Source: Octopus vulgaris (lineage: Eukaryota). Taken from it: a DNA stretch of 64,000 bases. This document shows, piece by piece, positions 53,349-64,000 of this stretch. A program made the translations under genes and the position numbers. The stretch's first letter is position 1. Each line of letters starts with the position of its first letter. The notes beneath the pieces are model-generated. The model was not told where the DNA came from and did not search any database. It saw nothing but the letters and a program-made list of their open reading frames with translations. The stretch is from NCBI GenBank assembly GCA_951406725.2, contig OX597824.1:79050001-79114000 (forward strand). Direction: 5' to 3'.

Positions 53349-53859
53349 TTGCTGCTGCTCTTGTTTTAGCCCCAGGCCGATTTTGATCCAGCAGACTGAT
53401 CATAAAAGATATGTTAACCACGGCGATCTCATATTATTATATTTATTTTATCTATTGATTTATTTATTTATTTATCATCATCACCATCGTCGTCATCGTC
53501 ATCAAAGCAGCGAAATGGCAGAATCGGAAGTGCTTCAGAACCAATGTTTAGTGGCATCTCTTCTGGTTGCTTACGTGCTGAGTTCATATTTCACCGAAGG
53601 AGATTTTTACCTTTCATCTTTTCGCGGGTGATAAATTAAATACCAGTTGAGCACCAATGTCAATGTAGTCGACTTAACCTCACTTCCTCTCCCCTAAAAT
53701 GATTGGCCTTGTGCCAAAAATTGAAATAATTATGATTGTTGTTGTTGCTGTTGTTAATGTTGTCCTTGTCGTCATCGTTGTTATTGAAACTATTACACGC
53801 TATATCAGTTACAGGGATATTGTCTTGAGGTTCGCTGACGACAAGTTATCAAATTTATC

Positions 53860-54050
53860 TTATTCTAAGAGAACTGGTTAAGGTCAAACAACTGACAAGC
53901 AAATCTCTGGTACTGAGCAGAATATTTGCTGTAGCCCATCTTTTATACCAAGACAAAACAATGTACACGATAACACTTCTAATCAGTTAAGATCAGAAGC
54001 CATGAGAGCCACTGCCTGATACTGCATCAGGGCATTTATTATTATTATTA
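53860..54050 (+). mobile_element. Probable LINE 3' end with (TAT)n tail
   Basis: ...GCATCAGGGCATT(TAT)n. Recalled as a common octopus repeat. Confidence 0.4.
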
Positions 54051-54253
54051 TTTTTTTTTTTTTCTTCTTTCAAATCTGCTTCCATTTCTTACCGAGTGTC
54101 TTCCCGACTCCTAGGGCAAAGAAACTCATAGTATACATTGGTAGGCCATTAAACTAAACTCACTAGTTCGTTCATTTTTTTTTTTTTTTGATAGAAATAA
54201 AGTTAAATTAAAATACATGGGTAGTAATAGTTCTTCTTCTTCTTCTTCTTCTT

Positions 54254-54353
<100 letters not shown>

Positions 54354-55252
54354 TGTAGTTTTATTTTTATAACGTGCTTCAAATCCAGTCCATTAGCGAC
54401 AGTGAAAATGTGTAAGATATTCCAAACATTCTCCGAGATTCTTTAAATGAATATAGTCACACAATTGGTGATGTACATCTACTAGGACATGCATGTAATG
54501 TTGCATCACAAACGCACAAACACCCAAGCAATAAAGAGACGTGTTAACCCGAAACATAAAGGCAGGTACGTTTATGCATGTTCTAATTTAACAACTTATT
54601 TACAAACACCCAGAATTCAAAACGTGTTGCCAGCATGGACTCCGTGACGAACTTCCATAAATCGCAAAGGAAAGACATATTTCAGCTGTTTTTGCTCTGT
54701 TCTGTTTCTTATTTCCTGTTTTACCTGTGTATGCAAAATTTATGTAAGGCAAATCTCTGTTGTCCGTTGATAATAGTACAACACAGATGTATTATGTGTA
54801 TAAACATATGACCACTACAAAAATAAAACATTAATGTACCAGCTGAGAAAATAAATATGAATTTATTCATCTGTGTTGACCGATAGAATATATACTAGGT
54901 TCGATTTGTTCGACTAAAATCCTTCAAGGATTATATCAGTTACAGGGATATTGTCTTGAGGTTTGCTGACGACAAGTCTCCTCAAATTCACGAAAGTTTC
55001 TTGGGATTTTTGCGCAAAGTGTTTGTTTGTACCCCCACCACTGCTTTACGACTGGTGATATGTTTAAGCCTCGTATATAGCGGTTCGGCAAAAGGAGTCC
55101 GATAGAATAAGTACTAGGTTCGATTAGTTCGGTTTAAATCCTTCAAGGCGGTCTCCCAGCATGGCGGCAGTCAAATGGCTGAAACGGGCAAAAGATAAAT
55201 ACAAGATGGAACCTTTCGTTGTATTTGCGAGGTTTTATTATATGAATGTATG

Positions 55253-55888
55253 AAGGTGGCGAGTTGGAAGAATCGTTAGAGCAGCGGACATTGCTTAGTA
55301 ACCTTTCTTCCTGCTTTTCGCGTTCTAATTTTAAATCCTGTCGGATTCAACTTCGCCTTTTATCATTTCGGCGACGATAAAATAAAGTACCAGGCAAGTA
55401 CTGGATTCAATATAATCGACTAATCCTACTCCCCTTAAAATTGCTGCCCTTGTACATATTTTCTAATCTAGGCACAAGGCCCGAAATTTTAGGGGTGAGG
55501 CCCAGTCGATTAGATCGACCCCATTGTTCAACTGGTACTTATTTAAACGACCCCGAAAGGATGAAAAACAAAGTCGACCTCAGCGGAATTTGAACTCAGA
55601 ACGTAACGGCAGACGAAATACCGCTAAGCATTTCGCCCGGCGTGCTAACGTTTCTTATTTCTTTATTGCCTACAGGAGGATACACACAGAGGGGAGAAAC
55701 AAGGACAGACAAACTGATTAAGTCGATTATATCGACCCCAGTGCGTAACTGGTACTTAATTTATCGACCCTGAAAGGATGAAAGGCAAAGTCGACCTCGG
55801 CGGAATTTGAACTCAGAACGTAGCGGTAGACGAAATACCGCTAAGCATTTCGCCCGGCGTGCTAACGTTTCTGCCAGCTTGCCGCCTT
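55253..55888. mobile_element. Old SINE B (+) with an antisense SINE B dimer (about 55465-55888) inserted at its 3' end
   Basis: The flanking duplication CCCTTGTACATATT occurs at about 55447 and 55891. Confidence 0.75.
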
Positions 55889-55921
55889 TACCCTTGTACA
55901 TATTGTAAAAACCATTATATA

Positions 55922-55991
<70 letters not shown>

Positions 55992-56089
55992 TCTATACGA
56001 ACGTTTCTACTGTACGTTGGACGAAAAGTCTCTCTTCGTCATTGCGGTGCTCGCTACACTCTCAGACGTATAAATGCGTACACAACAAC

Positions 56090-56120
<31 letters not shown>

Positions 56121-56377
56121 GCAGCAGCAACTTCATCACAGTAATTATAACATATTTGTTTCTTTCTCTTTTCATTTCTTTCTTTCTTTTCTGCTTTTTA
56201 ACATTTATGTATTCTTGTGTACGTTATACTGCAGTGCTGCCTGGTGGCGGGGAGATTCATAGCGCAACTCGCCATTTTAATCCTTTTCTATGTTTAGCAT
56301 TTGATAACGAGTCGTAGTGGCAATTATGAAGCTATGTTACTGAAGAGAGAAACATACGGTGCTGAATTAGGTTTCTG

Positions 56378-56430
<53 letters not shown>

Positions 56431-56575
56431 GCGAAAATTCGATAAGGAATATGCATAACCCAAATGGAACAAATAAATGTAGGTTGCGTTGGAAGAAAGT
56501 GGAAAGTGTGGCATACATTAACAGAAGGAATATGAAAGACATCCCAATAAAGCGCGTTTACACCTCATCTAGTCT

Positions 56576-57155
56576 TTATACAAGAAATGTGGATTTCTGT
56601 GCTACACGTGACAGCAAGAGCTCGACATAAACCCATTCGTCAGAAATTGTTGGACACTGGACGAGCGAGTGTAGAACGGTTTCATCGTTCCGCACACATC
56701 TCGGGCAGCTCCGACTGGCGGCACTTCTGTGCCTGTGGAGTTTATCCTCAAACGGCAACGCTCCCCGGTATTATTCACAGGCCAGGGATTTCTGGAAGTT
56801 ATCCATAGGCTCCGGCACGAAAGTCCTCTGGAAAAGATCGGTCAGTTTTTTCCTCATTGAAGCCTAGAGACTCCCTAAGGACGTTGTCACACCTATCCTC
56901 CACTAACCCCCAATAGAATGCCAAGGTAGAATTTCCACCGACCGCATTGTCCGACTGGTAGAAGACTAAGAGGGCTTGTTAGCATTCAAAGTGTCACTCG
57001 CCCTCCCTCTGTCTCCGCTTGACCCAGGGTTGCCGTTCCGTTAAGGAGACGAGTTGAGGAAAAGCACGTCTGACGAAGGGCGACCACACCTGCTCACCGT
57101 CAAGGAAACGCTGGAGATGCCGCAGCCTCAGCGCATGCCTGTGTATCAGCCGCCT
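56576..57155 (-). pseudogene. Truncated L1/Tx1 ORF2 C-terminal fragment (zf-RVT-like CCHC)
   Basis: SCPRCVRNDETVLHSLVQCP...W motif, degenerate. (TAA)n tracts lie nearby on both sides. Confidence 0.75.
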
Positions 57156-57208
<53 letters not shown>

Positions 57209-58265
57209 CTCTTGCACAATAGGTACAACGCCTGAAATTTTGTGGGAGGGGGCTAGTCAGTCACATTGATCCCAGTGCTCTGAACTAGATAGGTTGATTC
57301 AAGCACCCCTCACAAAACCCTTGCAGTGCTATAGGTATTGCGCCGTTCAGGCCAGCCCTTGAGTTTGCAGCAACTCCCACTCACCCACTCCCATTACACA
57401 GGTTTATACAGCTGATCCAAAAGTGCCACCGTCATAGAAGCGTCGTCCGGGGTGGGGGCAACAACTCCACATGCCTCCTTCCCGTATTTGTTACTGAGCC
57501 TTTGAAGCTGATACATTAAGGGTTTGTACCTTTTGTCGTCAGCTCTTGCCGTCAACCAACTGCCATTTAATTCATGAAGGCCCTCTCTGCTTCCATCTTT
57601 CTCTCCTCAGTCATACGGGAGTAAAGTTGATGAGGGCTTGGCATGAGAGAAAAAGCAAAGGTTAAAGGCATGGTAAAGGCGTTGCGAGTTGTTGGTAGAA
57701 TCGATAGCAAAAATCTCGCAGCATTTCGTCCGTCTTTACGTTCTGAGTTCAAATTCCTCCGAGTTTCACTTTGCCTTTCATCCTTTAAGAGCCGATAAAA
57801 TAAGTACCAGTCGGGCACTGGGGTTGATGTAATCGATTTACGCCCCATCCCCCACAATCATCCCTTCTGCCAATCCCCGAAATTGCTGCCCTTGTCTCAA
57901 AGCTGGAAGCCAACAACTGTTCCGGTCATCTGCACTATTGAATTCAGATCCTGTCGAAATCAACTTTGCCACGCGTCATTTCTGGGTCGATGCAGGAGGT
58001 ACCAAGCCTGAGATGTTGCGACCCTCTCTATCTACGGCTTTTAGATCGTAAAGCATCCGTTAAGTGACGGATGGGAATACTGAGAGTGTCTCTATGTCTA
58101 CTTGAAATAATGAACATCAAAATCAATTTAACGAAAGCATAGCACACGCCGAAATGTAAAAGCGTGTCGGAGTTTTATGTGTATGTACAGTAGTCACATA
58201 CGCACACGCGCGCGAGCACTCACACACATATACATCTTGTCTTTATTCCTACAGTTATGTTACGT

Positions 58266-58297
<32 letters not shown>

Positions 58298-58372
58298 AAT
58301 TTTTAAAGTACGTCTGTATACGTATATATAAGTGTGTGTGATTATGTATATGCATGTATATGTATGTATGTG

Positions 58373-58424
<52 letters not shown>

Positions 58425-58454
58425 ATATATACACATATATACATATATATATAT

Positions 58455-58505
<51 letters not shown>

Positions 58506-58520
58506 TACATATATATATAT

Positions 58521-58568
<48 letters not shown>

Positions 58569-58609
58569 ATATATGCATGTATGCATGTGTATTCATGCAT
58601 GCATGTATG

Positions 58610-58642
<33 letters not shown>

Positions 58643-59293
58643 ATGCATATATGCATATGCATGTATGTATGTGCATTATGTGAGTGTGTGAATATGCGCC
58701 TGTGCATGTGTACACATGTGTTGCGTTTACGCAAGCGTGTTTTGTCATTTAATATTCAAAATATCTGAACAAGTCATTAATTATATGTAACGACACAAAC
58801 ACCGCGCGCAAACAGACACACACACACACACACACATATACATACACGCACACACACACAGAACTAATAACGTATAAACCCACACGCAAATCACACAATC
58901 TCAGTAAGACTACGGCACAATATGGCTGCGAAGCGATAACGAACGCCATATTGCATTTTATTTTTTCTACCTTCTTTACAACAGCTCAGCTCTTTTGTGT
59001 CTGAAGGCAATTATGTCGTCTTAAGTTTCAAGCGCCTTATTTTGCCATTGGCTTATGCGAGCTTCGTCTTGTGTCTTTCACATCTGTCTTTGTCTTCTTC
59101 TGCTTTCTTTTTCTTTTTTGATCATTATTTGCCTTCATCCATCTTGTTTTGAAGTCTTGTGTCTTTGCCTTCTTTTCCATTGTTTTCTCTTTCTTTTGTC
59201 TTCTTAGTTTTCAAGCTCTCCTCCTGTCTTCCTCCTTTGCAATACATACATATATGTGTGCCGGCACAAATGCATGTGTGGGTATGTGTATGC

Positions 59294-59348
<55 letters not shown>

Positions 59349-59359
59349 TATATATATAA

Positions 59360-59406
<47 letters not shown>

Positions 59407-59449
59407 CACGCGCTCACGCACACACACACGTGTTTGTGTGTGTGTGTGT

Positions 59450-59752
59450 GGCGCGTGGCTGTGTGGTAAGAAGTTTGCTTCTCAACCACATCGTTCCGGT
59501 TTCAATCCCGTTGCGTGGCACCTTGCACAAGTATCCTTTACTATAGCGTCGGCCCGACCAAAGCTTTGTGAGTGGATTTGGTAAGCGGAAACTGAAAGAA
59601 GCTCTTCGTAGTATTCAGTCATTTGACTGCGGCCATGCTGGAGCACTGCATTTGGTCGAGCAGTCTTTGTAAGCCTAGTACTTATTCTATCGGTCTCATT
59701 GCCGAACCGCTAAGTTACGGGGACGTAAAGGCACCAACATCAGTTGTCAAGC

Positions 59753-59836
<84 letters not shown>

Positions 59837-59997
59837 TACGGGCTTTCTTCAGTTTCCGTCTACCAGATCCACTCACAAGCCTTTGGTCGTCCCGAGGCTA
59901 TAGGAGAAGGCACTTGCCTAAGGTGCCACACAGTGGGACTGAACCTGGAACCATGTGGTTGGGAAGCAAGCTACTTACCACACACCCACTCCTGCGA
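59450..59997. mobile_element. Two SINE family A copies, tail to tail (+ 59450-59610, - 59615-59997)
   Basis: Both heads are present, in opposite orientation. Confidence 0.8.
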
Positions 59998-60182
59998 CTA
60001 TTTATACCTACTTTTTAATGTCTTATAAACGCAAAACACTTTCAATACAGTAACCATCAGAGCATCACAACAAATCACAGCACATACCCAAGGCACACAG
60101 AGCTGCGCTCGGTAGTGAAGTGAAAGCACACTATAAAAATAAAACTACTGAATGATAATAATAAAACTACTGAATGATAATG

Positions 60183-60236
<54 letters not shown>

Positions 60237-60436
60237 TTGTTTTATACGGTGCTCATACATTGTTAGTACTATTAAAGTACATAGAAAGAGAAGGCAGGGG
60301 AAGAGACAGACAGACAGACAGATAAAGGGAGGAAACAATTGTTACTCCTAATCTATTTACCATATGGCAAACTGACGAACAGTGTAACTCTTACATAGGT
60401 ACACTGTTAGCTGTTGGCAGTACTGGTTTTAATTGA

Positions 60437-60467
<31 letters not shown>

Positions 60468-60562
60468 ATGACAAAACAGGAAAGTGGAATTTTTTTGGTT
60501 TTATCTATTCTCCATTCCACGTGTTTCATTTGCTAACAAGAATTACAAAGATTTACATTAAG

Positions 60563-60598
<36 letters not shown>

Positions 60599-60599
<1 letters not shown>

Positions 60600-60924
60600 A
60601 AATAAGCAACAAGGATATCCAGAGGTAATTCAGTACGATTGTTTCATGCGACTCCATTTAATTGAATATTACATCAATTTTAAAATGTAGAGCAATCTTC
60701 AGCTGCATAAAAATATAGAATTTAGTTAAATTCGAAGGATTCATTTGTATAACTTTTTTCGAATTTGTATAATTTTTTTCGAATTTAACTAAATTCTATA
60801 TTTTTATGCAGCTGAAGATTGCTCTACATTTTAAAATTGATGTAATATTTGCATTGTTCAATTAAATGGAGTCGCATGAAACGATCGTACTGCATTACCT
60901 CTGGTTATCCTTGTTGCTTATTTT
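60599..60924. repeat. Long inverted repeat (arms 60599-60736 and 60778-60924) of a hammerhead-bearing unit
   Basis: Arms are reverse-complementary apart from a few substitutions and one indel. Confidence 0.9.
60806..60895 (+). ncRNA. Type I hammerhead ribozyme with palindromic helix III and long helix II
   Basis: AUGCAG-CUGAAGA-[long imperfect hairpin]-GAA-ACGAUCGU-A-CUGCAU. Confidence 0.7.
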
Positions 60925-61408
60925 TATTATAATCACCTTATTTTAAATTATATGGATAATACCATACTAAATTCTGGTGCCTTCAACTTAAGTACCATAT
61001 TCATCCGAATCTAAATTTTACTGAACTTATATATATATATATATCATATCATATCATACCATATCACATCATATGAAGTCAGAAAACACAAGCATTCATC
61101 TATTTGTTTAAGCATGGGTACATTAATATTTATGTAATACAGTTTTATAAAACAATTTCAGCCAATTTTGCCAATCACTTTTGCACATGTGTAAGGTGAT
61201 GACCCAAAACGGCGCTCGTCAGAGAGGATGCTATGAAATGTATGCCAATAATTTGCAGATTTTCATACCAGGCCTTCAGATCAGCACTGTCTTACGTTGT
61301 CATTTATGTGCAATATATATATATATACGTATGTGAGTGTGTGTGTGTGTGCGTAGTGTGCGTAATATATATATATATAATTTCAAGATGGAGACCAGAA
61401 AAATGATA

Positions 61409-61446
<38 letters not shown>

Positions 61447-61612
61447 GTAATTGGAGATATGTCGGTTTTGTTTACGTTCACTGTCTACGGCGGAGTCAGT
61501 ATATATATTTGTGCATGAGACAGTGAGACAGATAGAGGAAAGCGAGAGTAAGACCGAGATTATATAGAAATGTGTGGATGTACGTGTGTGAGTGAGTATG
61601 TGCAGTATGTGC

Positions 61613-61670
<58 letters not shown>

Positions 61671-61820
61671 AGGAGACATATATACGAGTGTAGAAGCGTG
61701 TATCTGTGCGACATATTTATAGAGAGAAATAGAGTGAAAAAGAGGAGAAAGAAATTGTGTATGTGTTTACACGTGAACAAATCTACACACACATACACAT
61801 ACACACACATATATATATAT

Positions 61821-61851
<31 letters not shown>

Positions 61852-62449
61852 CAAACTTATATATAATTACTCAATTCCACGTATGTATACATATGTGTGT
61901 GTTTGTGTGTATACAAACATATATACTCATATATACATACATAACCAAACATACATATATATATATATATACACACACACATACATATATAATATATTTA
62001 ATAAACAGCTTGCACTGCGGGACATTCATTCCCTTCATCATCTGCTGAGAGAAAATCACTGTGATTTTGGCACATTTTGGCTCAATCTGATACTTGCATC
62101 TGTGTGTGTGTGTATGTGTGTGTATACACGTGTATGTAAATTTATGATATACATGTATGTATATTATATACATTATATATACATATATGTACGCATACAT
62201 ATTTGCATACATATACATGCGTATCCAAAAGAGTTCGTATGTACATGTATTTGGCGGCGGTATGCACCAGATACAGTTGTCACCCGTTTTCTTTACCATT
62301 ATTGGTCTTCAGCAGAAGCTTCTGGAAGTTTGTGTGACGCTTCTTAAATAGTCTTTTTCTTTTCTTTTTTCTTTTTTTTTTTTTCTATAACCATTCGTTA
62401 CAAAAAAAAACCTTGATTCTGTACCTTAGCCATTACCTATTATACAAGC

Positions 62450-62600
62450 GGGAGTTTACGAAAAAAGGACAAAAGACGAAGACAGATGGTGTACAAAACA
62501 AACAGATGTATTAGTATAACGCTCAGGAATAGAAAAAGTCTTTTACGTTTCGAGCCTACGCTCTTCTACAGAAAGGGACACAGAAAAAACAAGGAGAGAA
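62450..62600 (-). mobile_element. Hammerhead-like short element, family E
   Basis: CUUU-CUGUAGAA-GAGC guag GCUC-GAAACGUA-AAAG at 62540-62575. Flanked by the direct repeat TACCTATTATACAAGC. Confidence 0.7.
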
Positions 62601-62654
62601 ACCCCATTATACCTATTATACAAGCCCTTAACCATTACTTAACCATTACTGTGT

Positions 62655-62986
62655 GAAGGCGCATGGCTCAGTGGTTAGAGCGTCGAGCTTACGATCGTGA
62701 GGTTGTGAGCTCGAATCCCGGACCGGGCTGCGTGTTGTGTTCTTGAGCAAGGTACTTTATTTCACGTTGCTCCAGTTCACTCAGCTGTAGAAATGAGCTG
62801 CGACGTCACAGGTGCCAAGCTGTATCGACCTTTGTCTTTCCCTTAGATAACACTGGTGGCGTGGAGGGGAGGCTGGTATGCATGGGCGACTGCTGGTCTT
62901 CCATAAACAACCTCGCCCGGACTTGTGTCTAGGAGGGTAACTTTCTAGGTGCAATCCCATGGTCTGTGTCGTGACCGAAGGGGTCT
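62655..62986 (+). mobile_element. tRNA-derived CORE-like SINE family D, full length
   Basis: A box TGGCTCAGTGG, B box GCTCGAATCC. TSD AACCATTACT at 62641-62650 and 62990-62999. Confidence 0.85.
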
Positions 62987-63444
62987 CCGAACCATTACTT
63001 ATTATACAAGCCCTTGAGAGATCCTTTATGTCACTGTTTCACATGCTAGAAATAGCTGCAAGACCTCTCTCAAACTGCATTTTGTTTTATGTTTTTGCTA
63101 CTGCAAATAATGGAAGACAATAACGGCAAATATAAACCATGCCTGACAACCGTGGCTATTCACTGATTGTCTTTCATCATAGGATTGTCTGGTTAACAGA
63201 GAGTAACCTAATCTAAAACACCGCTTGTACGCTGCAAATCCAACTGCAATTAAATACGATTCCTCTGCGGTATCCCGACCTACTAGAAATAACAACCAAA
63301 GCTTCCTCAACAAATGTGCCTAATCTTCATAAGAGCAAAACACATATTGCATAATGTAGTCCCTTATACAGGGATCTGTTTAGAAACATGTCCCCGTTAT
63401 GAGGCGGAATGGCCAAGGTTTCCAATCCGTCACAGTAATAAAAT

Positions 63445-63830
63445 AGGCGCAGGCGTGTCTGTGTGGTAAGAAGCTTGCTTCCCAACTACATGGTTCCGGG
63501 TTGAGTCCCACTGCGTGGCACCTTGGGCATGTGTCTTCTACCCTTGCTTCGGGCCGACCAAAGCTTTGTGAATAGACTAGGTAAACGGAAACTGAAAGAA
63601 GCTCGTAGTATGTGTATGTGTGTATATGTGTGCTTGTGTGTTTATCTTTGTTCCCCACCAACGCTTGACAACCGGTCTTGGTTTGTTTACGTCTCCGTAA
63701 CTTAGCGGTTCGATAAAAGATAATGTTAAAATAAGTACCAGACTTAAGAAAAATATATACCGGAGAGTCGGTTCATTCGACTAAAAATTCCTTGAGTCCG
63801 CAGTCTAATGACTGAAACTAGTAAAAGATA
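63445..63830 (+). mobile_element. SINE family A (diverged)
   Basis: Head and tail motifs present. Confidence 0.8.
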
Positions 63831-64000
63831 AAATAATAACTATTGCCTGTATGTATATATGTAATGTAGTAATGTATGTATGTATGTATGTATGTATGTA
63901 TGTATGTATGTATGTATGTATGTATGTCAAAGGGCGGAAGAGCCCATGAGCAGTCAAAGGCCATCCAACAATATGTGTACATATGTATGTATGCATGGAT

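Noticed and set aside
53818-53846. IVLRFADDK resembling an RT catalytic motif
   Set aside because: No other RT motifs flank it in either copy.
57066-57112. CTGACGA...GAAAC motif
   Set aside because: It lies antisense within a LINE ORF2 relic, and helix I and the cleavage site cannot be formed.
58260-58768. Cluster of long YI/CV/HT-repeat ORFs (many similar ones elsewhere)
   Set aside because: They are dinucleotide microsatellite translations.
62655-62730. tRNA-like sequences (also at 29335, 34133 and other SINE heads)
   Set aside because: They continue into SINE bodies and lack a proper acceptor stem, so they are SINE heads and not tRNA genes.

Overview
AT-rich, microsatellite-dense eukaryotic DNA. 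It is most likely intronic or intergenic Octopus sequence, judged from recalled SINE families. There is no clear host gene apart from one possible 48-nt exon. The left edge holds an apparently intact L1/Tx1 LINE (ORF1 with a zinc knuckle; ORF2 endonuclease starting at an ATGA stop-start overlap). The rest is tRNA-derived SINEs of several modular families, degenerate RTE, R4/Dong and Tx1 relics, non-autonomous Helitrons and TIR MITEs. Nearly all listed ORFs are microsatellite or SINE artefacts. The main observation is a high density of hammerhead-ribozyme motifs in short non-coding elements sitting in (TA)n tracts. Four of them, from two sequence-unrelated families, place the three hammerhead strands in a non-circularly permuted (pseudoknotted) order. 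Compensatory base changes support the fold. One of these lies in an 869-bp, terminally redundant, retrozyme- or Penelope-like unit. All structures were folded by eye and no activity is shown.
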